This document shows, one piece after another, positions 25,762-43,318 of a DNA stretch of 64,000 nt; within the stretch, counting starts at the first letter, position 1; every line of letters starts with the position of its first letter. This DNA comes from Escherichia coli (GTDB lineage Bacteria > Pseudomonadota > Gammaproteobacteria > Enterobacterales > Enterobacteriaceae). The notes beneath the pieces were generated by a model. The model did not search any database, was not told the origin of the DNA, and saw nothing but the letters and a program-made list of their open reading frames with translations. The DNA lies in the NCBI RefSeq assembly GCF_048403405.1, contig NZ_CP183129.1. One strand, 5' to 3'. Both the position numbers and the translations under genes were made by a program.

Positions 25762-26376
25762 TTATTCTTCAATCGCTAACAATTGCAATGAACCACGGCT
25801 AAAATCCGCCAGCTTTGCGGAAAATTCAGCCACTTTCGCCGCCGGAAGCGCCACCCGCAGCAGAACGAATGCCTGATAATCACTGTTGATAATTTTGCCG
25901 TCACACTGCCCCAGCAACGCTTCAATGCCGGTTAACTGACTATATTCACATTGCAAAGTATATTCGGTTAATGGCGTCTTGCGTTGGGTCGTTAGCTGGC
26001 GCAGCGCCTGATTCACTCCGCCGCCATACGCTTTCACTAACCCACCGGTACCAAGCAATATGCCGCCGTAGTAGCGCACCACCACAGCGGTAATTTCCCC
26101 GACGCCGCTGCCCATTAGTTGGGCGAGCATCGGTTTACCGGCCGTTCCCGCCGGTTCCCCGTCGTCAGAGAAACCGAGCTGTTGAGAATCATCCGGCGCA
26201 CCCGCCACCCACGCCACGCAATGGTGGCGGGCATCGGGGTGTTCTGCCCGCACCGATTCAACAAACGCTTTCGCCGCCTCAACGCCATCGGTATGCGCCA
26301 ACATCGTTATGAAGCGGCTCTTTTTGATCTCTTCAACGACCGTGACTGGTGCCGCAGGAATTAACCAGCTTTCCAT
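25762..26376 (-). CDS. yigZ: IMPACT-family protein YigZ
   Basis: 204 aa [31 protein letters not shown]; ATG shares a base with the pepQ TGA stop. Confidence 0.9.
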   Translation of the reverse strand: MESWLIPAAPVTVVEEIKKSRFITMLAHTDGVEAAKAFVESVRAEHPDARHHCVAWVAGAPDDSQQLGFSDDGEPAGTAGKPMLAQLMGSGVGEITAVVVRYYGGILLGTGGLVKAYGGGVNQALRQLTTQRKTPLTEYTLQCEYSQLTGIEALLGQCDGKIINSDYQAFVLLRVALPAAKVAEFSAKLADFSRGSLQLLAIEE

Positions 26377-27707
26377 CACGCCAGTTTCAGATCCCGGGTC
26401 ATGTTTTCCACGTTGTTTTCGTGGATCACCACGTTGTCTTCGATACGAATGCCGCCGAACGGTTTCAGTGCTTCAATTTTCTGCCAGTTAAAGTGTTTAC
26501 TGAACTGCCCTTCACGCCACGGTGCCAGTAGCGATTCGATGAAGTAGATACCCGGCTCGATGGTTAACACCATGCCCGGCTGGAGAATACGGGTGCAGCG
26601 CAGGTACGGATATTTTGCCGGTGCCGCGAGGTGTGTACCGCTATCATCCTGCATAAAACCGGCGACGTCATGCACCTGCAGGCCCAGCGGATGACCGATA
26701 CCGTGCGGCATAAACGGTCCGGTGAGATCGTTTTCGACCATCGCTTCTTCACTCATATCGGTGATAATTTGATGTTTACGCAGCAATTTGGCGATGCGCT
26801 GATGGAACTGGATGTGGTAATCCACATAGCTGACGCCAGCTTTCATGGTGGCGATCAGCGCAAGTTGTTCATCATTTACGTCGTTCACCAGCTGTGCGTA
26901 GTCGTTGTCGCTTTTTGCCGACCAGGTACGGGTCAGGTCAGCCGCATAGCCGTTATATTCGGCCCCGGCATCCAGCAGGAAGCTGCGCATCTCTTCCGGT
27001 GCCTGGTGGTCCAGTTTGGTGTAATGCAGCACCGCAGCGTGTTCGTTAAGCGCCACAATGTTGCTGTAAGGTACGTCGGTATCACGATGACCGGTCGCGG
27101 TCAGATAGGCAATATTGATATCAAACTCGCTCATGCCAGAACGGAACGCTTCTTCTGCCGCGCGATGACCGTTGACCGCCATTTTCTGCGCTTCACGCAT
27201 ACAGGCCAGTTCGTACTCGGTTTTGAAGGAGCGGTAGTAATGCAGGTAGTCGATCACCCCTTTCGGGTTGATATTGCTGGCCTCAATACCCAGTTGCAGC
27301 GCACGCTCCGGCACCGGACCGATATAACCGATATTCCCGCGCGCAGCAGGCAGCAGGCTACCAATGCCATCGGCTTTCGGCAGCGCGATCACTTCTACAT
27401 CTTCAGTCCAGAAGGAGGTCGGCAGCGGTTCGACGTTGTGCCAGTAATCAACCGGCAGATAAAACCACAGTTTCGGCTTGTTCACGCCATCCACCAACAG
27501 CCAGCAGTTTGGCACCTGAGTTACCGGCACCCACGCTTTGAATTGCGGATTCACTTTAAACGGATAGGGATGATCGTCGAGAAAAACGTTGAACAGTTCG
27601 CCGGAGTGAATAAGTAACGCATCCAGCTTGAAGCGCGCCAGCGCATCGCGAGTCCGTTCTTGTAAGGTAGCTATATGATTTTTATAGAGTGAGGCCAGTG
27701 ATTCCAT
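26376..27707 (-). CDS. pepQ: Xaa-Pro dipeptidase (prolidase)
   Basis: 443 aa [37 protein letters not shown]...; M24 metallopeptidase motifs. Confidence 0.95.
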   Translation of the reverse strand: MESLASLYKNHIATLQERTRDALARFKLDALLIHSGELFNVFLDDHPYPFKVNPQFKAWVPVTQVPNCWLLVDGVNKPKLWFYLPVDYWHNVEPLPTSFWTEDVEVIALPKADGIGSLLPAARGNIGYIGPVPERALQLGIEASNINPKGVIDYLHYYRSFKTEYELACMREAQKMAVNGHRAAEEAFRSGMSEFDINIAYLTATGHRDTDVPYSNIVALNEHAAVLHYTKLDHQAPEEMRSFLLDAGAEYNGYAADLTRTWSAKSDNDYAQLVNDVNDEQLALIATMKAGVSYVDYHIQFHQRIAKLLRKHQIITDMSEEAMVENDLTGPFMPHGIGHPLGLQVHDVAGFMQDDSGTHLAAPAKYPYLRCTRILQPGMVLTIEPGIYFIESLLAPWREGQFSKHFNWQKIEALKPFGGIRIEDNVVIHENNVENMTRDLKLA

Positions 27708-27854
27708 TTTTTACCCTTCTGTTTTTTTGACCTTAAGTCTCCGCATCTTAGCACATCGTTCATCCAGAGCGTGATTTCTGCCGAGCGTGATCAGATCGGC
27801 ATTTCTTTAATCTTTTATTTGCATATTTTTAACACAAAATACACACTTCGATGC

Positions 27855-27871
27855 ATCTGGTACGACCAGAT
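27855..27871. promoter_or_regulatory. FadR operator in the fadBA promoter
   Basis: Perfect palindrome ATCTGGTACGACCAGAT 26 nt upstream of the fadB ATG; matches the FadR consensus. Confidence 0.7.
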
Positions 27872-27896
27872 CACCTTGCGGATTCAGGAGACTGAC

Positions 27897-30086
27897 ATGC
27901 TTTACAAAGGCGACACCCTGTACCTTGACTGGCTGGAAGATGGCATTGCCGAACTGGTATTTGATGCCCCAGGTTCAGTTAATAAACTCGACACTGCGAC
28001 CGTCGCCAGCCTCGGCGAGGCCATCGGCGTGCTGGAACAGCAATCAGATCTAAAAGGGCTGCTGCTACGTTCGAACAAATCAGCCTTTATCGTCGGTGCT
28101 GATATCACCGAATTTTTGTCCCTGTTCCTCGTTCCTGAAGAACAGTTAAGTCAGTGGCTGCACTTTGCCAATAGCGTGTTTAATCGCCTGGAAGATCTCC
28201 CGGTGCCGACCATTGCTGCCGTCAACGGCTATGCGCTGGGCGGTGGCTGCGAATGCGTGCTGGCGACCGATTATCGTCTGGCGACGCCGGATCTGCGCAT
28301 CGGTCTGCCGGAAACCAAACTGGGCATCATGCCGGGCTTTGGCGGTTCTGTACGTATGCCACGTATGCTGGGCGCTGACAGTGCGCTGGAAATCATTGCC
28401 GCCGGTAAAGATGTCGGCGCGGATCAGGCGCTGAAAATCGGTCTGGTGGATGGTGTAGTCAAAGCAGAAAAACTGGTTGAAGGGGCGATGGCGATTTTAC
28501 GCCAGGCCATTAACGGCGACCTCGACTGGAAAGCGAAACGTCAGCCGAAGCTGGAACCGCTAAAACTGAGCAAGATTGAAGCCACCATGAGCTTCACCAT
28601 CGCTAAAGGGATGGTCGCACAAACGGCGGGGAAACATTATCCGGCCCCCATCACCGCAGTAAAAACCATTGAAGCGGCGGCCCGTTTTGGTCGTGAAGAA
28701 GCATTAAATCTGGAAAACAAAAGCTTTGTCCCGCTGGCGCACACCAACGAAGCCCGCGCACTGGTCGGCATTTTCCTTAACGATCAATATGTAAAAGGCA
28801 AAGCGAAGAAACTCACCAAAGACGTTGAAACACCGAAACAGGCCGCTGTACTGGGCGCAGGCATCATGGGTGGCGGCATTGCTTACCAGTCTGCGTGGAA
28901 AGGTGTGCCGGTTATCATGAAAGATATCAACGACAAGTCGTTAACCCTCGGCATGACTGAAGCCGCGAAACTGCTGAACAAGCAGCTTGAGCGCGGCAAG
29001 ATCGATGGTCTGAAACTGGCTGGCGTGATCTCCACAATCCACCCAACGCTCGACTACGCCGGATTTGACCGCGTGGATGTTGTGGTAGAAGCGGTTGTCG
29101 AAAACCCGAAAGTGAAAAAAGCCGTGCTGGCAGAAACCGAGCAAAAAGTACGCCCGGATACCGTGCTGGCGTCTAACACTTCAACCATTCCTATCAGCGA
29201 GCTGGCCAACGCGCTGGAACGTCCGGAAAACTTCTGCGGAATGCACTTTTTTAACCCGGTACACCGGATGCCGTTGGTAGAAATTATTCGCGGCGAGAAA
29301 AGCTCCGACGAAACCATCGCGAAAGTCGTCGCCTGGGCGAGCAAGATGGGCAAAACGCCGATTGTGGTTAACGACTGCCCCGGATTCTTCGTTAACCGCG
29401 TGCTGTTCCCCTACTTCGCGGGTTTCAGCCAGCTGCTGCGCGACGGCGCGGATTTCCGCAAGATCGACAAAGTGATGGAAAAACAGTTTGGCTGGCCTAT
29501 GGGTCCGGCATATCTGCTGGACGTTGTGGGCATTGACACCGCGCATCATGCCCAGGCTGTCATGGCAGCAGGCTTCCCGCAGCGGATGCAGAAAGATTAC
29601 CGCGATGCCATCGACGCGCTGTTTGATGCCAACCGCTTTGGTCAGAAGAACGGCCTCGGTTTCTGGCGTTATAAAGAAGACAGCAAAGGTAAGCCGAAGA
29701 AAGAAGAAGACGCCGCTGTTGACGACCTGCTGGCAGAAGTGAGCCAGCCGAAGCGCGATTTCAGCGAAGAAGAGATTATCGCACGCATGATGATCCCGAT
29801 GGTCAACGAAGTGGTGCGCTGTCTGGAAGAAGGCATTATCGCCACTCCGGCAGAAGCGGATATGGCGCTGGTCTACGGCCTGGGCTTCCCTCCGTTCCAC
29901 GGTGGCGCGTTCCGCTGGCTGGACACCCTCGGTAGCGCAAAATACCTCGATATGGCACAGCAATATCAGCACCTCGGCCCGCTGTATGAAGTGCCGGAAG
30001 GTCTGCGTAATAAAGCGCGTCATAACGAACCGTACTATCCCCCGGTTGAGCCAGCCCGTCCGGTTGGCGACCTGAAAACGGCTTAA
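27897..30086 (+). CDS. fadB: fatty acid oxidation complex alpha subunit (enoyl-CoA hydratase / 3-hydroxyacyl-CoA dehydrogenase)
   Basis: 729 aa from [32 protein letters not shown]; SD CAGGAG; the ORF-track start at 27771 is an upstream extension across the promoter. Confidence 0.96.
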   Translation: MLYKGDTLYLDWLEDGIAELVFDAPGSVNKLDTATVASLGEAIGVLEQQSDLKGLLLRSNKSAFIVGADITEFLSLFLVPEEQLSQWLHFANSVFNRLEDLPVPTIAAVNGYALGGGCECVLATDYRLATPDLRIGLPETKLGIMPGFGGSVRMPRMLGADSALEIIAAGKDVGADQALKIGLVDGVVKAEKLVEGAMAILRQAINGDLDWKAKRQPKLEPLKLSKIEATMSFTIAKGMVAQTAGKHYPAPITAVKTIEAAARFGREEALNLENKSFVPLAHTNEARALVGIFLNDQYVKGKAKKLTKDVETPKQAAVLGAGIMGGGIAYQSAWKGVPVIMKDINDKSLTLGMTEAAKLLNKQLERGKIDGLKLAGVISTIHPTLDYAGFDRVDVVVEAVVENPKVKKAVLAETEQKVRPDTVLASNTSTIPISELANALERPENFCGMHFFNPVHRMPLVEIIRGEKSSDETIAKVVAWASKMGKTPIVVNDCPGFFVNRVLFPYFAGFSQLLRDGADFRKIDKVMEKQFGWPMGPAYLLDVVGIDTAHHAQAVMAAGFPQRMQKDYRDAIDALFDANRFGQKNGLGFWRYKEDSKGKPKKEEDAAVDDLLAEVSQPKRDFSEEEIIARMMIPMVNEVVRCLEEGIIATPAEADMALVYGLGFPPFHGGAFRWLDTLGSAKYLDMAQQYQHLGPLYEVPEGLRNKARHNEPYYPPVEPARPVGDLKTA

Positions 30087-31259
<1,173 letters not shown>

Positions 31260-31265
31260 TCACTT

Positions 31266-31378
31266 GCCGAATGCGGCGTGAACGCCTTATCCGGTCTACC
31301 GATCCGGCACCAATGTAGGCCTGATAAGACGCGCCAGCGTCGCATCAGGCATCGTGCACCAATTGCCGGATGCGACAT
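31266..31378. repeat. REP/BIME cluster (2-3 REP units)
   Basis: GCCGAATGCGGCGTGAACGCCTTATCCGGTCTAC ... TGTAGGCCTGATAAGACGCGCCAGCGTCGCATCAGGCA ... GCCGGATGCGACA. Confidence 0.7.
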
Positions 31379-31419
31379 AGATCTAAATGCCACTGAATAA
31401 AGTTTTAGTTGCCGCTCTT

Positions 31420-31446
31420 CCCGCCTGTCAGGGGCGGGTTTTTTAT
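31420..31446 (+). terminator. rho-independent terminator of the fadBA operon
   Basis: CCCGCC-tgtcagg-GGCGGG followed by TTTTTTAT. Confidence 0.6.
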
Positions 31447-31449
31447 ATC

Positions 31450-32151
31450 TCAGATAAATGCAAACGCATCGCCAAACAGGCGATCTTCCCGTGCATTACG
31501 CTCACTGCAAAACAGGTCACGGGCAATTTTCGCCATCTCAAAACGTCCGGCAATATAGATATCATGCTCTGCCAGCGTACCGTGATCCTGCAATACCGCC
31601 GTTAACACGGTGCCAGTACGCCCACGCCAGCCCGCTTCCGGTTGTTCAACCACCGGCACCACTTGCAGACCAGGATGCTTAAGCGAAAGCGCCTCAAGCT
31701 CGGAGAGATCATAAAGATGCTGCTCTTCACGCCCGCCCCAGTAAATGGTGATATCACGGTTTGGGTTACGCGCCAGCGCCGTCAGCAAAATCGAGCGCGC
31801 ATAAGAGAACCCGGTGCCGCCCGCGATGAGAATCATTGGACGTTCTTCATCATCGCGCAGCCATGCCTCACCGTGCGGAATATCGACCACGATTTGATGA
31901 TCTTTAAGAATGCGGTCCATGACTGCTTTCGCGTAAAGGTTGATTTCAGAAGCGCCAATATGCAGCTCGATGAAACCTTTTTCATCCGGCGTCGAAGCCA
32001 TTGAGAACGGACGTTTGTCACGCTCATCCATCACTACCATCAAATACTGACCAGCACGAAAAGAAAAGGCCGCGTCTGGCACGATGCGGACACGATATAC
32101 GGTATCCGTGATAGCTTCTACCGAGGTCACTTTACAGCTTAAGGTTGTCAT
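31450..32151 (-). CDS. fre: NAD(P)H-flavin reductase
   Basis: 233 aa [40 protein letters not shown]...; the ORF-track start at 32184 is upstream. Confidence 0.93.
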   Translation of the reverse strand: MTTLSCKVTSVEAITDTVYRVRIVPDAAFSFRAGQYLMVVMDERDKRPFSMASTPDEKGFIELHIGASEINLYAKAVMDRILKDHQIVVDIPHGEAWLRDDEERPMILIAGGTGFSYARSILLTALARNPNRDITIYWGGREEQHLYDLSELEALSLKHPGLQVVPVVEQPEAGWRGRTGTVLTAVLQDHGTLAEHDIYIAGRFEMAKIARDLFCSERNAREDRLFGDAFAFI

Positions 32152-32196
32152 GCGCTTTCTCTGTCGGATCGATAAATAGGGCAAAACAAACGCGCA

Positions 32197-33690
32197 TCAG
32201 GCGCTTTTACCGTTGTTAAAAATAGCCAGTTCATCCCAGATGGCGTCAATATGCGCGACAACATCCGGATCTTTTTTGATGGGACGTCCCCATTCACGCT
32301 GGGTTTCCCCTGGCCATTTATTCGTGGCATCCAGCCCCATTTTTGAACCCAGCCCGGACACAGGCGAGGCAAAATCCAGATAATCAATAGGCGTATTTTC
32401 GACCAACACCGTGTCCCGCGCCGGGTCCATACGGGTGGTAATCGCCCAAATCACATCGTTCCAGTCGCGTGCGTTGACGTCATCATCGCAAACGATCACA
32501 AATTTAGTGTACATAAACTGGCGTAAGAACGACCAGACGCCCATCATGACGCGCTTCGCGTGTCCGGCGTACTGTTTTTTGATCGTCACTACCGCCAGGC
32601 GATAAGAGCAGCCTTCCGGCGGCAGGTAAAAATCGACAATTTCCGGGAACTGTTTTTGCAGAATCGGCACAAACACTTCGTTCAGTGCGACACCCAGCAC
32701 CGCAGGTTCATCCGGCGGACGCCCGGTATAGGTGGAATGATAAATCGCATCTTCACGCTGGGTAATATGCGTCACAGTAAATACCGGGAAACTATCGACT
32801 TCGTTATAGTAACCGGTGTGGTCGCCATACGGCCCTTCCGGCGCAGTTTCGCCTTGTTCGATATACCCTTCCAGCACTATCTCCGCACTGGCGGGCACTT
32901 CAAGGTCATTGGAGATACACTTCACCACTTCGGTCTTGGTGCCGCGCAGCAATCCGGCAAACGCATACTCTGAAAGCGTATCTGGAACGGGGGTGACTGC
33001 ACCGAGAATCGTGGCGGGATCGGCACCCAGCGCCACAGAAACCGGGAAACGTTCGCCCGGATGCGCCGCACACCACTCCTGGAAATCCAGCGCGCCGCCG
33101 CGATGCGACAACCAGCGCATAATCAGTTTATTTTTACCAATCAACTGTTGACGATAAATACCCAGATTCTGCCGCTCTTTATGCGGGCCACGCGTCACGG
33201 TCAACCCCCAGGTAATCAGCGGCGCGGCGTCTTCCGGCCAGCAGGTCATAATGGGGATACGGTGAAGATCGACGTCATCGCCGGAGATAATTTTTTGCTG
33301 ACACGGCGCACCACGCAGTCGCTTTGTCGGCATGTTCAATACTTGCTTGAACTGCGGCAGTTTATCAAACAGGTCGCGGAAACCTTTTGGCGGCTCCGGC
33401 TCTTTCAGAAACGCCAATAATTTACCAACTTCACGCAGCGCCGAAACATCTTCCTGCCCCATGCCCATCGCCACGCGCTTTGGCGTACCGAACAGGTTGC
33501 ACAGCACCGGCATTGAGTAGCCTTTAGGGTTTTCGAACAACAGCGCAGGCCCACCGGCACGCAAAGTACGGTCAGCAATTTCAGTGATTTCCAGATGCGG
33601 ATCCACCGGGAGCGTGATACGTTTTAGCTCACCCTGCTGTTCAAGCAGCGTCAAGAAGTCGCGTAAATCGTTATATTTCATGGCGTCCAT
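32197..33690 (-). CDS. ubiD: 3-octaprenyl-4-hydroxybenzoate decarboxylase
   Basis: 497 aa [41 protein letters not shown]... Confidence 0.96.
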   Translation of the reverse strand: MDAMKYNDLRDFLTLLEQQGELKRITLPVDPHLEITEIADRTLRAGGPALLFENPKGYSMPVLCNLFGTPKRVAMGMGQEDVSALREVGKLLAFLKEPEPPKGFRDLFDKLPQFKQVLNMPTKRLRGAPCQQKIISGDDVDLHRIPIMTCWPEDAAPLITWGLTVTRGPHKERQNLGIYRQQLIGKNKLIMRWLSHRGGALDFQEWCAAHPGERFPVSVALGADPATILGAVTPVPDTLSEYAFAGLLRGTKTEVVKCISNDLEVPASAEIVLEGYIEQGETAPEGPYGDHTGYYNEVDSFPVFTVTHITQREDAIYHSTYTGRPPDEPAVLGVALNEVFVPILQKQFPEIVDFYLPPEGCSYRLAVVTIKKQYAGHAKRVMMGVWSFLRQFMYTKFVIVCDDDVNARDWNDVIWAITTRMDPARDTVLVENTPIDYLDFASPVSGLGSKMGLDATNKWPGETQREWGRPIKKDPDVVAHIDAIWDELAIFNNGKSA

Positions 33691-33811
33691 TGTAGCCTCT
33701 TAATCTGCGCCCATTATACGGCGTTCATCTTTGCGATGCTGTAAATTTGTTAAATTAGCGTGAACTCTGACGGTATAACGCAAACCGGGGAATATAATTA
33801 ACTTAGCGTAA

Positions 33812-35124
<1,313 letters not shown>

Positions 35125-35165
35125 CCTGAACTCCATATGACAACCGCCCTGACGGGCGGTTGAAT

Positions 35166-35942
35166 TTATTCTTCAGTTTTTTCGCTTTCTGCTTCAGCGT
35201 CGTTTTCCTCTTCCCGATTTCGCCCTTTACCAACGTAAAAGCGTGAGAAGAAGACACCGATTTCAAACAGGCAGTACATCGGGATCGCCAACAGCGTTTG
35301 CGAGAAGACATCCGGCGGCGTCAGCAGCATCCCGACAACAAATGCACCAACCAGCACATACGGGCGTTTTTTGCGTAAGTCTTCTGGCGAGGTAATCCCC
35401 ATCCAGCACAGCAGCACTATTGCCACCGGCACTTCAAAGGAGACACCAAACGCCATAAACAGCGCCATAACGAAGCTTAAATAGCTGGCGATGTCGGTGG
35501 ATACCTGTACCCCTTCCGGCGCGGTATTGGCAAGGAAGCCAAATGCCAGCGGAAAGACCACAAAGTAGGCGAACGCCATGCCGATATAAAACAACAGAGA
35601 GCTGGAAACCAGCAGCGGCACCACCAGGCGACGTTCATGCTTATACAGCGCTGGGGCGATAAACGCCCACACCTGATAGAGAATCACCGGCGCTGACAGA
35701 ATCAGCGACACCATAAAGGTCAGCTTGATCGGCGTAAAGAACGGTGAGGCCACGTCGGTGGCGATCATCGTTGAACCTTGCGGCAACTGCTTGATCAATG
35801 GCGCGGATACCAGGTGATAGATGTCATTGGCGAAATAGACCAGACACAGGAATATCACGATCACCGCGATAATGCAGTTCAGCAGACGCTTACGCAGCTC
35901 AATCAGATGCGTGATAAGCGGTTGAGTATCTTCTACAGACAT
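35166..35942 (-). CDS. tatC: twin-arginine translocase subunit TatC
   Basis: 258 aa [32 protein letters not shown]... Confidence 0.96.
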
Positions 35943-35944
35943 GT

Positions 35945-36460
35945 TTACGGTTTATCACTCGACGAAGGGGAAGGTGCAGCGGTTTTCGGTTCAGCGTCCG
36001 CAGCAGGTTTTACCACCGGCTCTGGCGTGGTTTCTGGCTTCTGTTCCGGCGAACTGGCCTGCGTTTGTGCAGCAGCAGGCGTTACGCCTTCATGCGCAGC
36101 TTCATTGTCTTTCACCACCGGGTTGTGGATGGTGTGCGCTTCATCACTCGCCTTTTCAGGATCGTTTGCAACGTAGGAACGCTTCATCGACTCCGCGGCC
36201 TGGCGTAGTTCATCCATCGACGCTTTCAGTTCGGGCGTCAGGTTAGTGAGGCTCGCCTTTTCAACCTTTTTCAGACTGTCCTGAAACTCCTGGAGTTTTA
36301 ACTCCTGGGTCAGTTCGTTCTGCACCGTTGTCGCCAGTGAACGCAACGCGCGAATCCAGCCCGCGACCGTTTTTACCGCCACAGGCAGTCGTTGCGGCCC
36401 CAGAACGACGAGGCCGATGATGAATACCAATAGCAGTTCGCTAAAACCGATATCAAACAC
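35945..36460 (-). CDS. tatB: twin-arginine translocase subunit TatB
   Basis: 171 aa (M)[29 protein letters not shown]... Confidence 0.95.
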
Positions 36461-36463
36461 GGA

Positions 36464-36733
36464 TTACACCTGCTCTTTATCGTGGCGCTTCGCGTCTTCT
36501 GTTTTAGCCTGTTCCTGATTCGTATCCGCCTGCTTATCGGCGATAGTTTTCGCAGTAAAATCAGCATCCTGACTGGTTTTATCCTGCTTTGGTTCATCAT
36601 CGCTCATTGCTTTTTTAAAGCCTTTGATCGACGCACCAAGATCGGAACCGATGGAGCCGAGCTTTTTGGTGCCAAAAAGCAGTACAACGATGACGGCAAT
36701 AATCAATAACTGCCAAATACTGATACCACCCAT
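36464..36733 (-). CDS. tatA: twin-arginine translocase subunit TatA
   Basis: 89 aa [43 protein letters not shown]...; the ORF-track start at 36775 is an upstream extension. Confidence 0.93.
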   Translation of the reverse strand: MGGISIWQLLIIAVIVVLLFGTKKLGSIGSDLGASIKGFKKAMSDDEPKQDKTSQDADFTAKTIADKQADTNQEQAKTEDAKRHDKEQV

Positions 36734-36811
36734 ACATGTTCCTCTGTGGTAGATGATGATTAAACAAGGCCGCATTATACGTTACACGGCCCGCCTTGAG
36801 CGATGAAAAAA

Positions 36812-39054
<2,243 letters not shown>

Positions 39055-39067
39055 TTCCGGTCTCCTG

Positions 39068-39823
39068 TCAGAACTTATAACCACGATGCAGCGCCACAAC
39101 CCCTGCCGTCAGATTGTAGTAGTCGACACTTTCGAATCCGGCATCTTGCATCATGGCTTTCAGGGTATCCTGATCGGGATGCATACGGATGGATTCTGCC
39201 AGATAACGGTAGCTGTCGGCGTCGTTCGCGACCAATGAGCCAATACGCGGCAGCACATGGAAGGAGTATGCATCATAGGCTTTGCTCAGCGGCTCGATAA
39301 TTGGCTTCGAGAACTCAAGCACCAGCAGGCGGCCGCCGGGTTTCAGCACGCGATACATTGAACGCAGTGCTTTATCTTTGTCGGTGACGTTACGCAGACC
39401 AAACGAAATGGTGATGCAATCAAAGGTGTTATCCGGGAACGGCAGCGCCTCAGCGTTCGCCTGAACATACTCAACGTTGCCAATCACACCGATATTACGC
39501 AGCTTCTCGCGTCCCATTTTGAGCATGGATTCATTGATATCAGCAAGGACCACTTTGCCAGTTTCTCCGACCAGGCGGGAGAATTTCGCTGTCAGGTCGC
39601 CGGTGCCACCAGCCAGATCCAGCACGGTCTGCCCGCGGCGTACGCCGCTGCAATCAATCGTGAATCGCTTCCACAAACGATGAATACCAAATGACATCAA
39701 ATCATTCATGACATCGTATTTTGATGCCACGGAATGGAAAACGTGGGCGACCATATCCGCTTTTTGTTCCTTCGCGACGGTCTGAAAACCAAAGTGCGTC
39801 GTTTCTTGTGACTTATCCACCAT
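39068..39823 (-). CDS. ubiE: ubiquinone/menaquinone C-methyltransferase
   Basis: 251 aa [41 protein letters not shown]...; SAM motif LDLAGGTGD. Confidence 0.96.
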
Positions 39824-39917
39824 CTCAATGCCTGCTCATCAAAAAATTGTTCCAGAAGTGTAACAGATTGGGCGTCGATGCCCTAGATTTCTACCCGGCT
39901 TAACTACCCCCAATGGG

Positions 39918-41345
39918 CTAGCGCGACTGCTGATTATATTCATCATCGCGTTGATAAGCTTCATCATTCGGCTGCTCCGGAACCGACCGCAGTCGATACT
40001 CTTCATCCTGGCTCACCGCCTGTTCAGCCAAATCCGGATTAATCTCGCGTTTAATTTCTACCCCTAAACCGCGAAACGCTTCTGCCTGCGCCAGCACATT
40101 TCCGCGACCTGAAGAGAGTTTTTTCATTGCCTGGCGGTAGTTATCCTGCGCTTTGTCGAGACTTTGACCAATCGCGGACATGTCATCGATGAACAAACGC
40201 ATCTTGTCGTACAGCTTGCTGGCACGATCGGCGATTTGCTGGGCGTTGCGGCTTTGATGCTCATAACGCCACAGGTTGGCGATAGTGCGCAGCGCCACCA
40301 GCAGCGTAGTCGGGCTAACCAGCATGATATTGTTTTTCAACGCTTCGGTGATCAGCTCCGGCTGGCGGTCAAGCGCCAGTAAAAAAGCGGGTTCAACGGG
40401 AATAAACATCAGCACGTAATCCAGGGTTCGCAGCCCCGGCAGCTGTTGATAATCTTTGCGTCCCAGCAAACGGATATGGTTACGCACCGACGCGATATGT
40501 TCCTGTAGCGCGCTTTCGCGGGTGTAGTCATCTTCGGCGTTGAAATAGCGTTCATAGGCGACCAGCGTCATTTTGGCGTCGATCACCACATCTTTTCCCT
40601 GCGGCAACCGCACGATGACATCCGGCTGCATCCGCGAGCGGGCGTCATTTTCGATGCTGACCTGGGTTTCATATTCATACCCTTCACGCAGACCGGAAGC
40701 CTCCAGCACCCGCGTCAATACTACCTCGCCCCAGTTGCCCTGGGTTTTATTGTCGCCTTTCAGCGCGCGCGTCAGGTTGATCGCTTCCTGGGCCATTTGC
40801 GCGTTGAGCTGCTGGAGATTGCGAATTTCGTGGGTCAGGGTATGGCGTTCTTGTGCTTCTTTACCAAAGCTGTCCTGAACCTGACGGCGGAAACCGTCCA
40901 GTTGTTCACGTAGCGGCGACAACAGGCTGTTCAGACTCTGACGGTTTTGCTCATCAACCCGGCGATTGCTGTGCTCAAAAATACGGTTGGCGAGGTTTTC
41001 AAACTGCTCACTGAGGCGCTGCTCGCTGTTAATCATCTGGCGAATTTTATCGTCAGCATGTTGCTGTGCGGCTTCCATCCGCGTGGTTACTTCACGCAGA
41101 TCGGCCTCCAGAGAGGTGTTAATACTTTGCAGGCTGCGCACTTCGTTATTGAGTAACTCGCACTCAGCGCGCCAGTGCTCGCTTTGGGTAATTTGTTGTT
41201 TTGCCGCGCTTAACTCCGCGACCATCTCTTCACGTTCAGCTAATTGCTCGGCTTTTTGCTGCGCATGTTGATAACTGGCAAACAGCCAGCCAATTGCCAC
41301 ACCCACCAACGCAATAACTGCGTAAACCATGATTGAGAAATCCAC
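39918..41345 (-). CDS. rmuC: DNA recombination protein RmuC
   Basis: 475 aa MDFSIMVYAVIALVGVAIGWLFASYQHAQQKAEQLAEREEM...; N-terminal TM and coiled coil. Confidence 0.93.
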   Translation of the reverse strand: MDFSIMVYAVIALVGVAIGWLFASYQHAQQKAEQLAEREEMVAELSAAKQQITQSEHWRAECELLNNEVRSLQSINTSLEADLREVTTRMEAAQQHADDKIRQMINSEQRLSEQFENLANRIFEHSNRRVDEQNRQSLNSLLSPLREQLDGFRRQVQDSFGKEAQERHTLTHEIRNLQQLNAQMAQEAINLTRALKGDNKTQGNWGEVVLTRVLEASGLREGYEYETQVSIENDARSRMQPDVIVRLPQGKDVVIDAKMTLVAYERYFNAEDDYTRESALQEHIASVRNHIRLLGRKDYQQLPGLRTLDYVLMFIPVEPAFLLALDRQPELITEALKNNIMLVSPTTLLVALRTIANLWRYEHQSRNAQQIADRASKLYDKMRLFIDDMSAIGQSLDKAQDNYRQAMKKLSSGRGNVLAQAEAFRGLGVEIKREINPDLAEQAVSQDEEYRLRSVPEQPNDEAYQRDDEYNQQSR

Positions 41346-41435
41346 AACGCCTCCTGACGCAACAACTTACCCGCACAAAATAGAATTGTGCTGTACAAAC
41401 GTCCAGTTGGAAAGGCATTTCCTGCGAGGCGCTAC

Positions 41436-41468
41436 GCAAAAATACAAAAGGCCGAACGCGTCGGCCTT
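41436..41468 (-). terminator. rho-independent terminator downstream of udp
   Basis: AAGGCCGA-acgcg-TCGGCCTT hairpin followed on the minus strand by TTTTGTATTTTTG. Confidence 0.6.
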
Positions 41469-41485
41469 CAGACAGGAGAAGAGGA

Positions 41486-42247
41486 TTACAGCAGACGACG
41501 CGCCGCTTCCACCACGATTTTCACCGCTTGGCTTTCAGTTTGTTTCATCGTCTCAGCATTCGGGATCTCTTGCTGGGTGCGGTTAACGATAACACCCGCT
41601 ACCATACCGGCACGTAGGCCCTGACTTGCACACATGGTCAGCAGGGTTGCAGATTCCATTTCATAGTTCATTACGCCCATCGCCTGCCACTCTTCCATAG
41701 AACCTTTAAAGTGACGAACTACGCGACCAGAGTAAGTATCGTAACGTTCCTGACCTGGGTAGAAGGTATCAGAAGAAGCCGTCACGCCAACGTGAGTCGT
41801 CGCGCCGATGGATTTCGCAGCCTCAACCAGCGCAGTCGTACATTCGAAATCAGCGACAGCCGGGAATTCCAGCGGTGCGAAGTGCAGGCTCGCGCCATCC
41901 AGACGAACAGACGCCGTGGTAACCAGGACATCACCCACATTAATATGCGGCTGAATAGCGCCCGTTGTACCGATACGCAGGAAGGTGCGAATGCCCAGCT
42001 GTGCCAGCTCTTCAACAGCAATAGAGGTAGACGGGCCGCCGATACCGGTAGAGCAGACGATAACAGGTTTACCATCCAGCTCTGCACGCCAGGTGGTGAA
42101 TTCGCGGTGAGATGCCAGCTTAACCGGCTTATCCATCAGCGCGGCGATCTTTTCCACACGATCCGGGTCGCCAGGGACGATGGCAAGCGTAGCCCCTTGT
42201 AAATCGTTTTTAGTGAGGCCGAGATGAAAAACATCAGACTTGGACAT
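41486..42247 (-). CDS. udp: uridine phosphorylase
   Basis: 253 aa [39 protein letters not shown]...; the ORF-track start at 42253 is 2 codons upstream. Confidence 0.95.
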   Translation of the reverse strand: MSKSDVFHLGLTKNDLQGATLAIVPGDPDRVEKIAALMDKPVKLASHREFTTWRAELDGKPVIVCSTGIGGPSTSIAVEELAQLGIRTFLRIGTTGAIQPHINVGDVLVTTASVRLDGASLHFAPLEFPAVADFECTTALVEAAKSIGATTHVGVTASSDTFYPGQERYDTYSGRVVRHFKGSMEEWQAMGVMNYEMESATLLTMCASQGLRAGMVAGVIVNRTQQEIPNAETMKQTESQAVKIVVEAARRLL

Positions 42248-42372
42248 ATACAACTCCTCTGTGAATCGGTTTAGTCAGAAGAAGCAAAAAGACACTTTAC
42301 CGAAGGGTTTAACATTTTTTCGTGATACTCATCACCATGACGCAAATGCGTTGCATAAATTTACCCACCAAA

Positions 42373-42388
42373 AGTGATGCAAATCACA
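42373..42388. promoter_or_regulatory. CRP-type site in the udp promoter region
   Basis: Minus strand TGTGATTTGCATCACT (TGTGA-N6-TCACt); the udp promoter is CRP/CytR-controlled in E. coli (recalled). Confidence 0.45.
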
Positions 42389-42508
42389 TAAATCACTCTT
42401 CATTCTGCAGGACTGCATAAAAGATGAGCCGATTCAGGCAATGTGATTTGTTGCATGCTGACTATAGTTAACATTGCGCAACATTTTTATAAGGGTACGG
42501 AGAATACC

Positions 42509-43318
42509 ATGGCAACAACACAACAATCTGGATTTGCACCTGCTGCATCGCCTCTAGCTTCGACCATCGTTCAGACCCTGGACGACGCGATTGTGGCGGG
42601 CTTCACCTCTATCCCTTCACAAGGGGATAACATGCCTGCTTACCATGCCAGACCAAAGCAAAGCGATGGCCCACTGCCAGTGGTCATTGTAGTGCAGGAA
42701 ATTTTTGGCGTGCATGAACATATTCGCGACATTTGTCGCCGTCTGGCGCTGGAGGGGTATCTGGCTATCGCACCTGAACTTTACTTCCGCGAAGGCGATC
42801 CGAATGATTTTGCCGATATCCCCACGTTGCTTAGCGGTCTGGTAGCAAAAGTGCCTGACTCGCAGGTGCTGGCCGATCTCGATCATGTCGCCAGTTGGGC
42901 TTCCCGCAACGGCGGCGATGTTCATCGTTTAATGATCACCGGATTCTGCTGGGGTGGACGTATCACCTGGCTGTATGCCGCGCATAATCCACAGCTAAAA
43001 GCCGCAGTGGCGTGGTACGGCAAACTGACGGGCGATAAGTCGCTGAATTCACCGAAACAACCTGTTGATATCGCAACCGATCTTAACGCGCCGGTTCTCG
43101 GCTTATATGGCGGCCAGGATAACAGCATTTCGCAAGAGAGCGTGGAAACGATGCGCCAGGCGCTGCGGGCAGCAAACGCGAAAGCAGAAATTATCGTGTA
43201 CCCGGATGCAGGGCATGCGTTCAACGCCGATTATCGTCCGAGCTATCATGCCGAGTCTGCGAAAGACGGCTGGCAGCGAATGTTGGAATGGTTTACACAG
43301 TATGGTGTTAAAAAGTAA
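42509..43318 (+). CDS. ysgA: dienelactone hydrolase-family protein (carboxymethylenebutenolidase-like)
   Basis: Starts MATTQQSGFAPAASPLASTIVQTLDDAIVAGF... at the ATG at 42509 with SD GGAGAA; the ORF-track start at 42443 is upstream; divergent from udp as in E. coli. Confidence 0.85.
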   Translation: MATTQQSGFAPAASPLASTIVQTLDDAIVAGFTSIPSQGDNMPAYHARPKQSDGPLPVVIVVQEIFGVHEHIRDICRRLALEGYLAIAPELYFREGDPNDFADIPTLLSGLVAKVPDSQVLADLDHVASWASRNGGDVHRLMITGFCWGGRITWLYAAHNPQLKAAVAWYGKLTGDKSLNSPKQPVDIATDLNAPVLGLYGGQDNSISQESVETMRQALRAANAKAEIIVYPDAGHAFNADYRPSYHAESAKDGWQRMLEWFTQYGVKK